DNA from: a virus | DNA: 64,000 nt | Direction: 5' to 3' (one strand) | Virus record (IMG/VR): IMGVR_UViG_3300020395_000002 | Span: 1 to 64,000 of that record | Shown here: positions 17,354 to 27,581 of the stretch, in pieces | How the letters are laid out: the number at the start of each line of letters is the position of its first letter | Numbering within the stretch: position 1 is the first letter of the stretch | The notes under the pieces: generated by a model | What the model was told of the DNA's origin: nothing | The model's input: the letters and a program-made list of their open reading frames with translations, nothing else | Databases searched by the model: none | Made by a program: the position numbers and the translations under genes

Positions 17354-18124
17354 ATGGCAAATCTTTATTCAAAGGTACAGGAGAAACTAGTACGGGGTGG
17401 TGGGATTGCAAAGTCCAACCAGTTTCGTGTTGTTTTCCCTGATCTAACAGGAGGAATCTTTAGCAGTGACTTCCCAGTTAATTTCGATCGAAGTACACTG
17501 GAGGTTCTTTGTAACAACGCATCATTACCTAGTGTTACTGCTGCTACGTCTCAAGTAAATGGTTACTACACAGGATCATCGTATAAATTTCCTACGATGA
17601 AAATGTATGGTGATCTAGGTCTCAGTTTTATTTGCGATGCAAATATGACTGCGTTCAAAGTAATGAACTCTTGGTTTGATAGAATATTTCAAGAGAAGAG
17701 TATGTTTGATCAGAAGGAAAGGATTCCGAATGAGATGACTCATTACCCTCAGCGTAATAGAAATCGTTTCACTCGTATGTCATATCCTGACGATTATATG
17801 AGGACAATCATAGTAGATAAGTTTGAACCTGGTCCAAGATATAATGAGCAAGGTAGAAGTATGAGGTACTTCTTTACCCACGCTTATCCATACTCTATTG
17901 ATGCAGTACCATTGGATGCTGGAACAGGAACCTTGATGACTGCTACTGTTAACTTCCACTACGAAAGGTTTGAGGTGCAGTATGAAGATGCTAGAAAGAA
18001 TCTCCTGAGTACCACCAATAACATTAAGAGTTCAAACAAAGCACCCACTTCCTTTGAAGGTGCGATAGATAATGTTAAGGATGCATTCTCAGAATTTACT
18101 GACACATTCAATAGCATATTCTAA
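17354..18124 (+). CDS. gp54: Baseplate tail-tube initiator gp54 (gp19-like fold)
   Basis: GGIAKSNQFRV, LCNNASLP, AYPYSI...TVNFHYE. Confidence 0.8.
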   Translation: MANLYSKVQEKLVRGGGIAKSNQFRVVFPDLTGGIFSSDFPVNFDRSTLEVLCNNASLPSVTAATSQVNGYYTGSSYKFPTMKMYGDLGLSFICDANMTAFKVMNSWFDRIFQEKSMFDQKERIPNEMTHYPQRNRNRFTRMSYPDDYMRTIIVDKFEPGPRYNEQGRSMRYFFTHAYPYSIDAVPLDAGTGTLMTATVNFHYERFEVQYEDARKNLLSTTNNIKSSNKAPTSFEGAIDNVKDAFSEFTDTFNSIF

Positions 18125-18130
18125 AAAAAC

Positions 18131-18173
18131 TGGAAAAAAAACTCGGCAAATTTTTTGACCCTTTAGATTTTTT
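18131..18173 (+). repeat. Dispersed intergenic element, copy B
   Basis: tggaaaaaaaactcggcaaattttttgaccctttagatttttt; near-identical to 41872-41907. Confidence 0.75.
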
Positions 18174-18902
18174 ATGTTTAATCTTGACTACTGTTTGGAT
18201 CTAGCTAGCGTTAAGAAGGAATCTCTTACGTCTGGTCTAGATCTTTTTGTTGTTCAATATGAACCTGATACTTACAAGTGTAAATTATATTTCATAAACA
18301 GAGAGAGGAACTGCCTTCACAAATACACTGGTGATAAGGTAACTCATCAGTATTTCGGTGACCGTACATCTAACTGGAGAAATGATGAACCAGATTACGG
18401 TAGCAACTTAAAGAAAGTAGCAGATCATCTCAACATTCCTATAAAACCTAGCTCTAAGGTCTTTATAGATGTCATAGAAGATGATGATTATTATATCAAC
18501 ATTCAAGCAGCAGATAGATTTACTGCTGGTATGGTGACTCGTGCTCTAATGGTAACGTATTTCATTGGAACTACTGAGGTACTAGAGACTCTTAATGATA
18601 TTAATGGTACTAACTGGAAGACAATAGAAGAAGCACTAGCTGTGGATGGTATGTTGGGGTTCAAGTTACCCTTCTATCCATCTAAGAATGCTGTTAAATT
18701 ATATTCCAAACCATTTCGTAAGAAGATAGGTGGCAACTTAGAGTTCGATGATGAGACACAAAAAGTATTGAATGGGATATATAATGGGAACTTTGATGCT
18801 AATCGTGATCATATAAATGCTGGTCTGGTCTTAGGTAAGGAACCTAGGAGTGGTAGGACTGTGATTTACTGTGCTAAGAATGCTTCCCGACATCCCGTCT
18901 AA
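18174..18902 (+). CDS. Hypothetical protein inserted between gp54 and gp26
   Basis: 242-aa ORF, no family recognised. Confidence 0.7.
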   Translation: MFNLDYCLDLASVKKESLTSGLDLFVVQYEPDTYKCKLYFINRERNCLHKYTGDKVTHQYFGDRTSNWRNDEPDYGSNLKKVADHLNIPIKPSSKVFIDVIEDDDYYINIQAADRFTAGMVTRALMVTYFIGTTEVLETLNDINGTNWKTIEEALAVDGMLGFKLPFYPSKNAVKLYSKPFRKKIGGNLEFDDETQKVLNGIYNGNFDANRDHINAGLVLGKEPRSGRTVIYCAKNASRHPV

Positions 18903-18927
18903 ATAAAGATACTGAACTGAACATACT

Positions 18928-19641
18928 ATGCCTTTACCAAAAATTGAGGTGCCGATTTATACCACTGAACTTCCTTCTACTGGTCAGACAATTAAGTTCC
19001 GTCCCTTCTTAGTTAAAGAAGAGAAGGTACTGTTGATGGCTATGGAGTCAGAGGATGAGAAACAGATTACTGATGCTGTATGTACTCTTCTTACTAATTG
19101 TATTCAGAGTAGATTAAAAGTCAGAAATATACCTATGTTTGATTTGGAATTTTTATTCCTACAAATCCGTGGTAAATCTGTTAGTGAGCAACTAGATCTT
19201 AAGATTACTTGTACTGATGACAATGAAACAGTAGTTGATGTATCCATTGACTTAGATGACGTGAAGGTTGTTAAACCTGAAGGCATCAGTGATATGGTAA
19301 AGATTACTGACACTATCACTGTCAAGATGAAGTATCCTCAACTAGATACCTTTGTCAAGAATAACTTTTCAACAAATCCCAAACCTGAAGAGGCATTTGA
19401 GGTGATCGCACAGTGTATCGATCAGATTATTGAAGGTGAAACAGTACACGAGGCTTCTGACGCAAGTAAGAAAGAACTTAGTGGGTTCCTAGATAGTTTA
19501 ACATCTAAACAATTTGAAAACCTACAGAAATTCTTTGCCAATATGCCTAAGTTATCTCACACTCTTACTGTGAAGAACCCTAACACTGGCGTTGATAACG
19601 AGTACACTATTGAGGGACTAGCCGCTTTTTTCGGCTCGTGA
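18928..19641 (+). CDS. gp26: Baseplate hub subunit gp26
   Basis: LPSTGQTIKFRPFLVKEEKVLL, FLQIRGKSV, MKYP, IEGLAAFF. Confidence 0.92.
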   Translation: MPLPKIEVPIYTTELPSTGQTIKFRPFLVKEEKVLLMAMESEDEKQITDAVCTLLTNCIQSRLKVRNIPMFDLEFLFLQIRGKSVSEQLDLKITCTDDNETVVDVSIDLDDVKVVKPEGISDMVKITDTITVKMKYPQLDTFVKNNFSTNPKPEEAFEVIAQCIDQIIEGETVHEASDASKKELSGFLDSLTSKQFENLQKFFANMPKLSHTLTVKNPNTGVDNEYTIEGLAAFFGS

Positions 19642-19820
19642 TGTCGTATAACAGTCTTGAAAACTATTTCAGGACTAACTTCTCTCTTATGCAACATCAT
19701 AAGTATTCTCTAACAGAACTAGAGAATCTACTTCCTTGGGAGCGAGAGATATATGTGACATTATTATTACAACATCTTGAAGAGGAAAAATTAAGACAGC
19801 AGAACCAATCTAATGGCTGA
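19638..19820 (+). CDS. gp51: Baseplate hub assembly protein (gp51-like)
   Basis: LENYFRTNFSLMQHHKYSLTELENLLPWEREIY. Confidence 0.8.
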   Translation: MMSYNSLENYFRTNFSLMQHHKYSLTELENLLPWEREIYVTLLLQHLEEEKLRQQNQSNG

Positions 19821-22584
19821 CATAACTAAAACTTTTGGTGGATCTGGAGACTCCAGTCGTATCAAAGCCGCAATCTTTGGTGGCGGTGGCGACGGGTCGA
19901 TTGCTGCTGCTCAATTGAAACAGCATATGATCACTAACAGTTTGCTTAGTGATTTGGTTAGGACTCAACGGGAACAATTAAAACTTGATTCTTCACGTCT
20001 TATATTAGAGAAGAAGATGATAAGCCTGCGTAAGATGCAGGACCAAGAGAATAAGATTGAAGAGCAAGGAGGATTTAATTTAGGTCAGAGACGTGGTGGT
20101 AGTGCTGGTGGTAGTGGTAGGTTTAATTTACCAGCAGTTAACCTAAGAAACTTAGGACTGTTAGGTTTATTGTTTGGTCCTGAGATACTTAGGAGACTCT
20201 CTAATCAGGTACTAAGTTCAAGACCTAATTTTAGTGAGCTTGATACTCGTCAGGGGGTGATGGGTTTCAACCAGATGTGGAAGCAAGACTGGAATAAGAC
20301 TAATGTATGGAGACAAGGACAGTGGGGTAGAAAGGGCTTTGATGCAACTAGATCTAGAGGTGGTCAGTTAATTAGAAACTTTGGTGATGATGTAGTAAAT
20401 GCTGGACAACGTTTAGGCACACCATTTGTTGGTCCTAAATTACCATTTGGATTCAGAGCTCAAGCAGGTTTAACTAACGCAAAGAATTTTATCAGTACGG
20501 GAGCAACTAATACTAGTAATTTTTGGGGTGGATTAACAGGTCAATTATCACCAGCACAACTAACTAACAAGTCATTACTTGAGGGTACTTCTGGACTGCC
20601 TAGGATGGGTAAGTTCAACCTAGCAGAACAGTTACGACTAGCTAGTAACCCTGCTCAACGGTCGGGTCAGAATATAAGAGCAACAATTCAAGGAGTTCCA
20701 GAACTATTAAAGGGATTACCTGGTAAGGCTTCTACTGCCATCCAAGGTATACTCAAGTCGATGAACAATTTGCTCAAGTCGATCAAGAGTATCAATCTTA
20801 ATACTATTACACAGTTTTTTACTAAGGGTCTAACTTCTTTTGGAAATTTCTTGAAAGGAATTGGTCCTGCCTTGAAGAACTTCTCTGCTAAGGGTTTGAC
20901 AGGACTAGGTAATATGATTAAGGGTATACCAGGTGCTCTTAGTGGTGTTACTACTGGTGGTGGTAATCTATTGACAAAAGCTGGTGGTATGGTAAAGAAT
21001 GCTAGAGCTGGACTGGGTAGGGTACCTATACTAGGATCACTTCTTAGTGCTGGCTTTGGTGCAATGGAAGCGAATGATGAAGAGATCGCTCGCTTGATGG
21101 AAGAAAATAATATGTCTAAGGAACAAGTTGTAGAAGGTTTAAGATCTGGTACTCTTCAAAAGGATAAGAACAAGATCATTAGTAGGTCTGCTGGTGCTGG
21201 TATAGGTGCTGGTGCTGGTACTGTACTTGGTTTCGCCGTTGCTGGTCCTATTGGTGCTGCACTTGGTGCTTGGTTAGGTGAGAACCTAGGTAAGTTCTTA
21301 GGTGAGGGTATTGGTTCTGTCTTTAAAGGATTTGATTGGGGTGAGACCTTCAGACCTGTGATGAATACTTGGAATGAAATGACTGAGGGTATAGGTAATG
21401 CATTGAATGGTATGGCTGAGTCCTTTGGTGTTGGAGGAGAAGGTGGTAAAGGTGGATTCATTACAGCACTAATTAATATTGGTAGAATTATTGGTATCAT
21501 TGCTAAGATATTGATTAAAGCTTTGGTACCAGTACTACAGATGGTATTCAAGACTATTCAATGGGTAGTACAGATTATAGGTAAAGTAGTTGAGGCTATA
21601 GTAACTGTAGTGAAAGGTATGATGAGTCTGGTAGGTAAGATAATAGATTGGGTACCTGATTGGGTACCTGGAGCCAAGCAGATGAAGGCGATGAAGAATA
21701 ATCTAGGTGAGATGGCGAGTGGTGATATTATAGGTAACATTAGTAATTTCGTTGACAATACTAACACTGCGTTCCCAACTGAAAAAGGTAATGAAGAACG
21801 TGAAGAAGCAACTGGTCAAGGTGGTGGTGCTTATGGTATGGGTGGTGGATATGGTGGTGATGGTACCATTAGTGCATCCCAAATTTCACCTGTACTTACG
21901 TCTGGGTTTAGGACAGAACACAGACCTAATCATAACGGTATAGACATAGGATTCAAGGGTGACATAGGTGGACAACCTATGTACCTACCTGATAAGGCTA
22001 AGATTACTAGTAATGGTTTTGATTCAGGGTATGGTAACTACGTTACCTTTACTACTCAGGATGATAACCTTACTCATTTGTATGGTCATATGCAAACCAA
22101 ATCTCCACTGGGAGTTGGTAAGATGTTCCCTGCTGGAGAATTTGTAGGTAATCTAGGTAATACAGGTACTTCTAGTGCACCACACTTACATTGGGAGGTT
22201 GGTAGTGTTGAGGCACACGTAGGACGTGGTGGTACAAGTCTTAAAGACCCAAGAGACTTTGGGTATGGGTTGAATGATCCATTTGTTAAGGCTGCTAGTA
22301 ACATTACTACCAGTACTAGTACCTCTGGTGACAATCTTACAAATGTATCTGGCACCACTACTACTAACAATGGTCAACAGATCACCGCAGGTACGGACTC
22401 AACTGAGTTGCTAGCCAACCAATTATCTAATGGATCAGGAACTGGTACAGGTACTGTAACAAATGGTGGTACTACTGATACTACAGGTAATGGTGGTAAC
22501 ACTGACGTTCCTGTTGCACGTGGATTTGTACTTGATACTGCTTCCCCCGTGACTGACGGTGGATTGGTCTTCACACACGCATAA
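19813..22584 (+). CDS. Tape-measure/hub-like protein with C-terminal M23 peptidase
   Basis: Long helical Gly/Ala/Leu-rich region; HNGID, GYGNYV, YGHM, GNTGTSSAPHLHWE. Confidence 0.8.
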   Translation: MADITKTFGGSGDSSRIKAAIFGGGGDGSIAAAQLKQHMITNSLLSDLVRTQREQLKLDSSRLILEKKMISLRKMQDQENKIEEQGGFNLGQRRGGSAGGSGRFNLPAVNLRNLGLLGLLFGPEILRRLSNQVLSSRPNFSELDTRQGVMGFNQMWKQDWNKTNVWRQGQWGRKGFDATRSRGGQLIRNFGDDVVNAGQRLGTPFVGPKLPFGFRAQAGLTNAKNFISTGATNTSNFWGGLTGQLSPAQLTNKSLLEGTSGLPRMGKFNLAEQLRLASNPAQRSGQNIRATIQGVPELLKGLPGKASTAIQGILKSMNNLLKSIKSINLNTITQFFTKGLTSFGNFLKGIGPALKNFSAKGLTGLGNMIKGIPGALSGVTTGGGNLLTKAGGMVKNARAGLGRVPILGSLLSAGFGAMEANDEEIARLMEENNMSKEQVVEGLRSGTLQKDKNKIISRSAGAGIGAGAGTVLGFAVAGPIGAALGAWLGENLGKFLGEGIGSVFKGFDWGETFRPVMNTWNEMTEGIGNALNGMAESFGVGGEGGKGGFITALINIGRIIGIIAKILIKALVPVLQMVFKTIQWVVQIIGKVVEAIVTVVKGMMSLVGKIIDWVPDWVPGAKQMKAMKNNLGEMASGDIIGNISNFVDNTNTAFPTEKGNEEREEATGQGGGAYGMGGGYGGDGTISASQISPVLTSGFRTEHRPNHNGIDIGFKGDIGGQPMYLPDKAKITSNGFDSGYGNYVTFTTQDDNLTHLYGHMQTKSPLGVGKMFPAGEFVGNLGNTGTSSAPHLHWEVGSVEAHVGRGGTSLKDPRDFGYGLNDPFVKAASNITTSTSTSGDNLTNVSGTTTTNNGQQITAGTDSTELLANQLSNGSGTGTGTVTNGGTTDTTGNGGNTDVPVARGFVLDTASPVTDGGLVFTHA

Positions 22585-22586
22585 GT

Positions 22587-23981
22587 ATGGCTGATACAGA
22601 GAACAAAGGTGCTGTTGATTGGCAGCTTAATAAGGCTACACTAACACATAAAAAGAATAAGACCTATGAGATTACTGCTGGTCTTATAAACTTTAGTTAC
22701 TATGAGAGTTTAGAGAATCTCAATCCTACAGCAACCATTGTGTTCAGTGATAACAAGACTGAAATGAACTGTAAGGATGGAGATAAGATTGAAATTAATT
22801 TAATGACTACAGCACACACTGATGATGATGAGTGGGTGCACGTATTTGATGTTGAACAGGTTGAGACTAAGACTGTTGATGGTGCTAAGATATACTCATT
22901 GCATTTGATAACACCTCATTCTATTAGACCTAGTACATATAATTATCAGAAGGCTCTTCAGGGTACTGCCAAGCAAATATTAACTAAAGTTTTTGATGAT
23001 GCGAAGGGTAAAACCGAGGCACTTCCTATAGTAACTGATGGTAACGAACCATTTAATAATTTCAAGTTTATGAAAGGGAAGAAGAAAGTCACTGATATTG
23101 TTCATAATATATGTACTGGATCTATACCTGCGTCTGGTAAGACTGCTAACACTGCTGGATATTTTTTATGGGGTACTAAGAAAGGTATCATAGGTAATAA
23201 AGATACTTATAATTTACATTTCAAATCTATCGATAGTCTCCTCTCTGTTGGAGGAGATCACGGTGGTGAGGATGCAGAGTATGAGTATTATGAAAGTAAC
23301 AACGCATCAACAGTAGATATTCCAGCACAATTAATCATTAGTAACTTTGAGGTTAGTAAGAGAGGTAATTGTAAGAAGATGTGTGATGATGGAGTCTTTA
23401 AAGCTAAAGTTATTCTTTATAATCTAGATAGTAAGAAGTATTCTAAGAGATCTTGGGATCTTAGAGACTATTGGGATGGTTGGGGTCATATTGCAAGGAC
23501 TCCTGGTACTGATCCTTGGGAATCATCTGAGATAGTTGAAGAATTTATGGATAGTGAGACTCCAGCTAAGACATTTATGCTTGAGATATCACACGAAAAG
23601 TTCCACGACGATAAAGATCCAGCAAAGCCAGGTCAGATAGGAGCAGGTGAAACTGATGAAGGTGAGAAAACTCAGTCTGCTACCTTCCAAGATTGGGATG
23701 AAGAAACAATCGTGCAATATCACGCTAGGTATGCTACAATGTTAATGTCTACGAGTAATATGACGATACCTGGCAACCAGTACTTACACGCAGGTGATAA
23801 AGTTAAAATTTATCTTCGTGACTCACGACCTGATGCTAAGACAGATGTCGATAGCTATGATAAGGAACTGAGTGGACATTACCTCATCTATAAGATGAGG
23901 CAGTACTATTCTATGGTACCAAAAAAGGAATGTTATTCCGCATTAACCCTCGTTAGAGATACACTAAACAAAAACTGCTAA
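22587..23981 (+). CDS. Baseplate hub protein (gp27-like)
   Basis: Position before gp5; C-terminal IPGN..L.AGD...SGHYLI...LTLVRD pattern. Confidence 0.6.
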   Translation: MADTENKGAVDWQLNKATLTHKKNKTYEITAGLINFSYYESLENLNPTATIVFSDNKTEMNCKDGDKIEINLMTTAHTDDDEWVHVFDVEQVETKTVDGAKIYSLHLITPHSIRPSTYNYQKALQGTAKQILTKVFDDAKGKTEALPIVTDGNEPFNNFKFMKGKKKVTDIVHNICTGSIPASGKTANTAGYFLWGTKKGIIGNKDTYNLHFKSIDSLLSVGGDHGGEDAEYEYYESNNASTVDIPAQLIISNFEVSKRGNCKKMCDDGVFKAKVILYNLDSKKYSKRSWDLRDYWDGWGHIARTPGTDPWESSEIVEEFMDSETPAKTFMLEISHEKFHDDKDPAKPGQIGAGETDEGEKTQSATFQDWDEETIVQYHARYATMLMSTSNMTIPGNQYLHAGDKVKIYLRDSRPDAKTDVDSYDKELSGHYLIYKMRQYYSMVPKKECYSALTLVRDTLNKNC

Positions 23982-24202
23982 TGGACACATCTTTTCTAGA
24001 CAACTATCCTCCTGAGTTAACTCAAGGTGCTTATAAGATCCTTGATAAGATCAAGACAGAAGAGGATGTAGATATGAGAGTCAAGTTGTATGGACAACTT
24101 GCTATGGTGCTTGAAAGACTCAAGCAAGAGTTAGATTCGTATGATTCTACTGACAAGAGTGGACAAACTGACGTAGAAGTCACTACAATAGGAACTAAAT
24201 AA
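23981..24202 (+). CDS. Hypothetical protein
   Basis: 73-aa ORF coupled by TAATG. Confidence 0.6.
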   Translation: MDTSFLDNYPPELTQGAYKILDKIKTEEDVDMRVKLYGQLAMVLERLKQELDSYDSTDKSGQTDVEVTTIGTK

Positions 24203-24223
24203 GTTTAACGGACGGTAAACTCT

Positions 24224-24451
24224 ATGAACACTATAGAAGAACACATCCAAAAGGATAAGGAGATCCTCGATGATCCCCAAACAAGTCCTGCTGCACGTAG
24301 GCATATTAAAGAAGAGTTGCACGAACTAGAAGTGTACGAAGAGCATCACCACGATGAGATAGTAGCAGGTGATCATCACGATCCCAATGCCATCGAACTA
24401 TTCTGTGAGATGCATCCAGATGAACCAGAGTGTCTAATATATGACGATTAA
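24224..24451 (+). CDS. cp12: Calvin-cycle inhibitor CP12
   Basis: C-terminal ELFCEMHPDEPECLIYDD; no N-terminal Cys pair; late motif at 24195. Confidence 0.92.
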   Translation: MNTIEEHIQKDKEILDDPQTSPAARRHIKEELHELEVYEEHHHDEIVAGDHHDPNAIELFCEMHPDEPECLIYDD

Positions 24452-27400
24452 AACCACTGCTAAAGAATCTTTCGATCTCTATGAAGGATACGTCGAAGAC
24501 ACCGCAGACCCGAAGAAATCTCAACGGGTCAAGGTGCGTGTCGTTGGTGTGCACGAGTACGAGGGTGAAGGGGAGAATAGAGTAGGTGTACCACCCACAG
24601 AAGACCTACCTTGGTTTTCTGTGATGATGCCTATCACCCATTCGGGTGGGGTTTTTACACAAGCTTCTTCTCATAACCTTAAGAAAGGCAATCTAGTAAT
24701 CGTTAAATTCATTGGCGGTGATACTACTAAAGGTATGGTTGTTGGTGTTGGACAGGCTGGTATTGCTTGTGCAACTGATGAGAAACCTGACTCTACAGGA
24801 TCTGAAGTTAAACCTTTAGAAGGTACAGTCATTACGAATGAAGAAGAAGGAAACATTCCTGATCCTGCAAACCACGTACCATCTGATACCCCCTGTGTTA
24901 ATGGAGGTGTTCTACCTCTTGGTCGATTAGGCACAGAACAATCCTCTGATAGTGGTAACGGTTTAAGGGAGGAGGCATCAGTTGCTAACCCTCAAGGTAC
25001 GTTTACAGTTACACGTGCTTCAGTTGATTGCCCAGAGAATCCATCTTCAGCAGTAGAGAATGTATTGGCAGAGTTCTTTGCTACACTACAACATACTAAC
25101 GGTAACATAGGATCATATTATGTTAGTAAGTTTAGTCGCAGAGTATTTGACCTTCAGTCTGTTGCTCAAGGATATATTACTAGAGTAAAGAAGATTATTG
25201 CTGCTGCACTGACTCGTATTGCTGGTGAGATGATGGCAATGCTACGTAAGGCAGTGAAAGCACTGATGAAAGCGATCCTTGCTCCTTTACCTGGCATACT
25301 GTCACCTGTTACTGAGTGGTTCAATCAAATGCTAGAACGCATTGGTTGTTCTATTATGGATATCAGTGGAAGGATGGAGAAGTTCGCAGAGAATATCTTG
25401 ATGGGATATGTTGGTAACATAGTCAACTGGTCTATGTGTCAAGTCAAGAGGTTCACTGATTCTATCTTTGGTAACATCCTTAATGAGATAACAGGGATGA
25501 TCAATAGTTTATTCGGTGGCATAGGTAAAGTACTTGGAGCTATTGGTGGTGCTTTAGATGTGATCGGTGGTGGACTAGCAGGTATTATGAAGATGCTAGG
25601 CATCTCTTGTAGTGGTAAGAAGAAGTGTGCTAACCCTAAGAAAAAGGATTCAAAGAGAGGTAGTTACGAAGGATTAAAGGGTGGGTTCAATACTCTTGAT
25701 GAATTACTAGCAGATTTAGAAGAAGGTAATCATCTCCCGATTGATTCTTATTGTGGTGATGCTACCACAGATCCAGAACCCAAGACTGAGGTTGGTATCT
25801 GGGGTCCAACAGTGCCCGATAGTGGTAGTGCTGGAGGTGATGGAGGGGATGTTGTTGATGGAGATATTAATGGTATAGATTACGAAGACATTGCTAAAGC
25901 AATATGTAATGCAAGAACATTTAAAGTATTAGATATCCCTGAGACTGAAGCGGTACACGAAGGAGATCCTGCGTACGTTAAGGTCGTTAGAGGAGGTGAT
26001 ACATCAACTACTAGTTCCTTTACCTATAGGACACAGGATGGAACTGCTAAGGCTACTGAAACTTATTGTCCTACCAACGGTTACATAGGATTTGGTATTG
26101 GAGAGACAGAAAAGATAATTGAAGTTAAGACTTTAAACAATGGAGTACGTGATGGATCTAAGTACTTCTTTATGAAGATACAACACGATGGTTGTGGTAA
26201 AGTACTCAAAGATGTAGCACGTATATGGATCAAGGATCCTCTCGCTATTAAAGATATCCCAACACTAACTGTACCTGACGTTGGTTTGGTATCATCTGCA
26301 CCTAATATATCAACAACTAATCCTGTATACTATTTGACTAGTGATAAAGAGGTAGTGTATGAAGGATCAGAAGTTACCTTCACACTAGAGACAGAGAATG
26401 TTTCTAATGGTGATGTAATTAACTATACTATTGGAAGAGAATCAACTGGTATTACATATGGAGATATCGAATATGTGATAGAGGATGGTGTAAAGAGTTG
26501 GGTTACAGGTGAGACAGATCTACAACGTAGCTTTACTATTAATGATAAGAAAGCACAGGTTACTATCAAGTTACTTGATGATGGTATCGTAGAGGATACT
26601 AATCAAGTAGCAGAACAATTATATATTGAGTTGAATAATCTTAGCACGACTAAGGGTGTTGCAGTACTAGATGCAATACAACAGGTTGCTGATCCCTCTG
26701 GTAGAAGTGTTACGATCACACCAGACAGAGCATCCGTACGAGAGGGTGGTTCTATTAAGTATCAGATTACGACTACTAACTTTGATCAAGGAGAACTACT
26801 AGCATATACTATCTTTGGTACTAATATAACTGCGAGTGATATTAAACAACCTCTTAATGGTAACTTATACATTGAAAATAATCAAGCAGAGATTGTTATC
26901 GATGTGTTAGAAGATAATACAATAGAGGATCAAGAGAATTTGATCTTCTCTATCGATGAGTATGGTGCACAGGCTACTGTTATCATTTCATTGGATCAAG
27001 AGACACCAGCAGAAGGTGAAACAGATATTCCTACTGTTGATGATGACCCAGAGTTTGACTTCCCAATCATAAATCCTGATACTGGTGGTATCATAGACAT
27101 TGAAGTTAAGAGATCTGGACGTAGATATATTGCTAAACCATTCATTACATTGGAGAGTAACGTAGGTTATGGTGCTTACGTTGAACCTATTCTTAACAGT
27201 CAGGGTTATCTGTCACGAGTAAGAGTTCTCAATGGTGGGTTTGGATATACTGGACAGACTAGACCATCCAACACTGTCTGTCAGTTAGTTAATATATTCC
27301 TCACTAATGTTGGTGGATTCTATACTGCACCACCTAGAGTACTAGTTGATGGTGTATCTGGCATCGCACGTGCTACAATAAGTGCACAAGGATGGGTTAC

Positions 27401-27581
27401 TGGTATTGAATTGATCCGTAAGGATATGCAGTATCCTTATGTACCTAAGGTAGAAATCTTTGGTAGCAATGGATTCGGTGCAAGGGCAATCGCTGATTTA
27501 CAGTGTGTTCCTGCTGAGGAGTCCAATCTTATTCTTCAGGGACTTGCTGCTGACCCTGCTAATTATGTTGACTGTCCCTAA
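24441..27581 (+). CDS. gp5-like baseplate hub protein, N-terminal part (OB-fold plus Calx-beta/Ig-like domains)
   Basis: VEDTADP...RVKVRVVGVH...DLPW OB-fold; VRGGDTS..YRTQDGTA Calx-beta; GxGY repeats. Confidence 0.75.
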   Translation: MTIKTTAKESFDLYEGYVEDTADPKKSQRVKVRVVGVHEYEGEGENRVGVPPTEDLPWFSVMMPITHSGGVFTQASSHNLKKGNLVIVKFIGGDTTKGMVVGVGQAGIACATDEKPDSTGSEVKPLEGTVITNEEEGNIPDPANHVPSDTPCVNGGVLPLGRLGTEQSSDSGNGLREEASVANPQGTFTVTRASVDCPENPSSAVENVLAEFFATLQHTNGNIGSYYVSKFSRRVFDLQSVAQGYITRVKKIIAAALTRIAGEMMAMLRKAVKALMKAILAPLPGILSPVTEWFNQMLERIGCSIMDISGRMEKFAENILMGYVGNIVNWSMCQVKRFTDSIFGNILNEITGMINSLFGGIGKVLGAIGGALDVIGGGLAGIMKMLGISCSGKKKCANPKKKDSKRGSYEGLKGGFNTLDELLADLEEGNHLPIDSYCGDATTDPEPKTEVGIWGPTVPDSGSAGGDGGDVVDGDINGIDYEDIAKAICNARTFKVLDIPETEAVHEGDPAYVKVVRGGDTSTTSSFTYRTQDGTAKATETYCPTNGYIGFGIGETEKIIEVKTLNNGVRDGSKYFFMKIQHDGCGKVLKDVARIWIKDPLAIKDIPTLTVPDVGLVSSAPNISTTNPVYYLTSDKEVVYEGSEVTFTLETENVSNGDVINYTIGRESTGITYGDIEYVIEDGVKSWVTGETDLQRSFTINDKKAQVTIKLLDDGIVEDTNQVAEQLYIELNNLSTTKGVAVLDAIQQVADPSGRSVTITPDRASVREGGSIKYQITTTNFDQGELLAYTIFGTNITASDIKQPLNGNLYIENNQAEIVIDVLEDNTIEDQENLIFSIDEYGAQATVIISLDQETPAEGETDIPTVDDDPEFDFPIINPDTGGIIDIEVKRSGRRYIAKPFITLESNVGYGAYVEPILNSQGYLSRVRVLNGGFGYTGQTRPSNTVCQLVNIFLTNVGGFYTAPPRVLVDGVSGIARATISAQGWVTGIELIRKDMQYPYVPKVEIFGSNGFGARAIADLQCVPAEESNLILQGLAADPANYVDCP

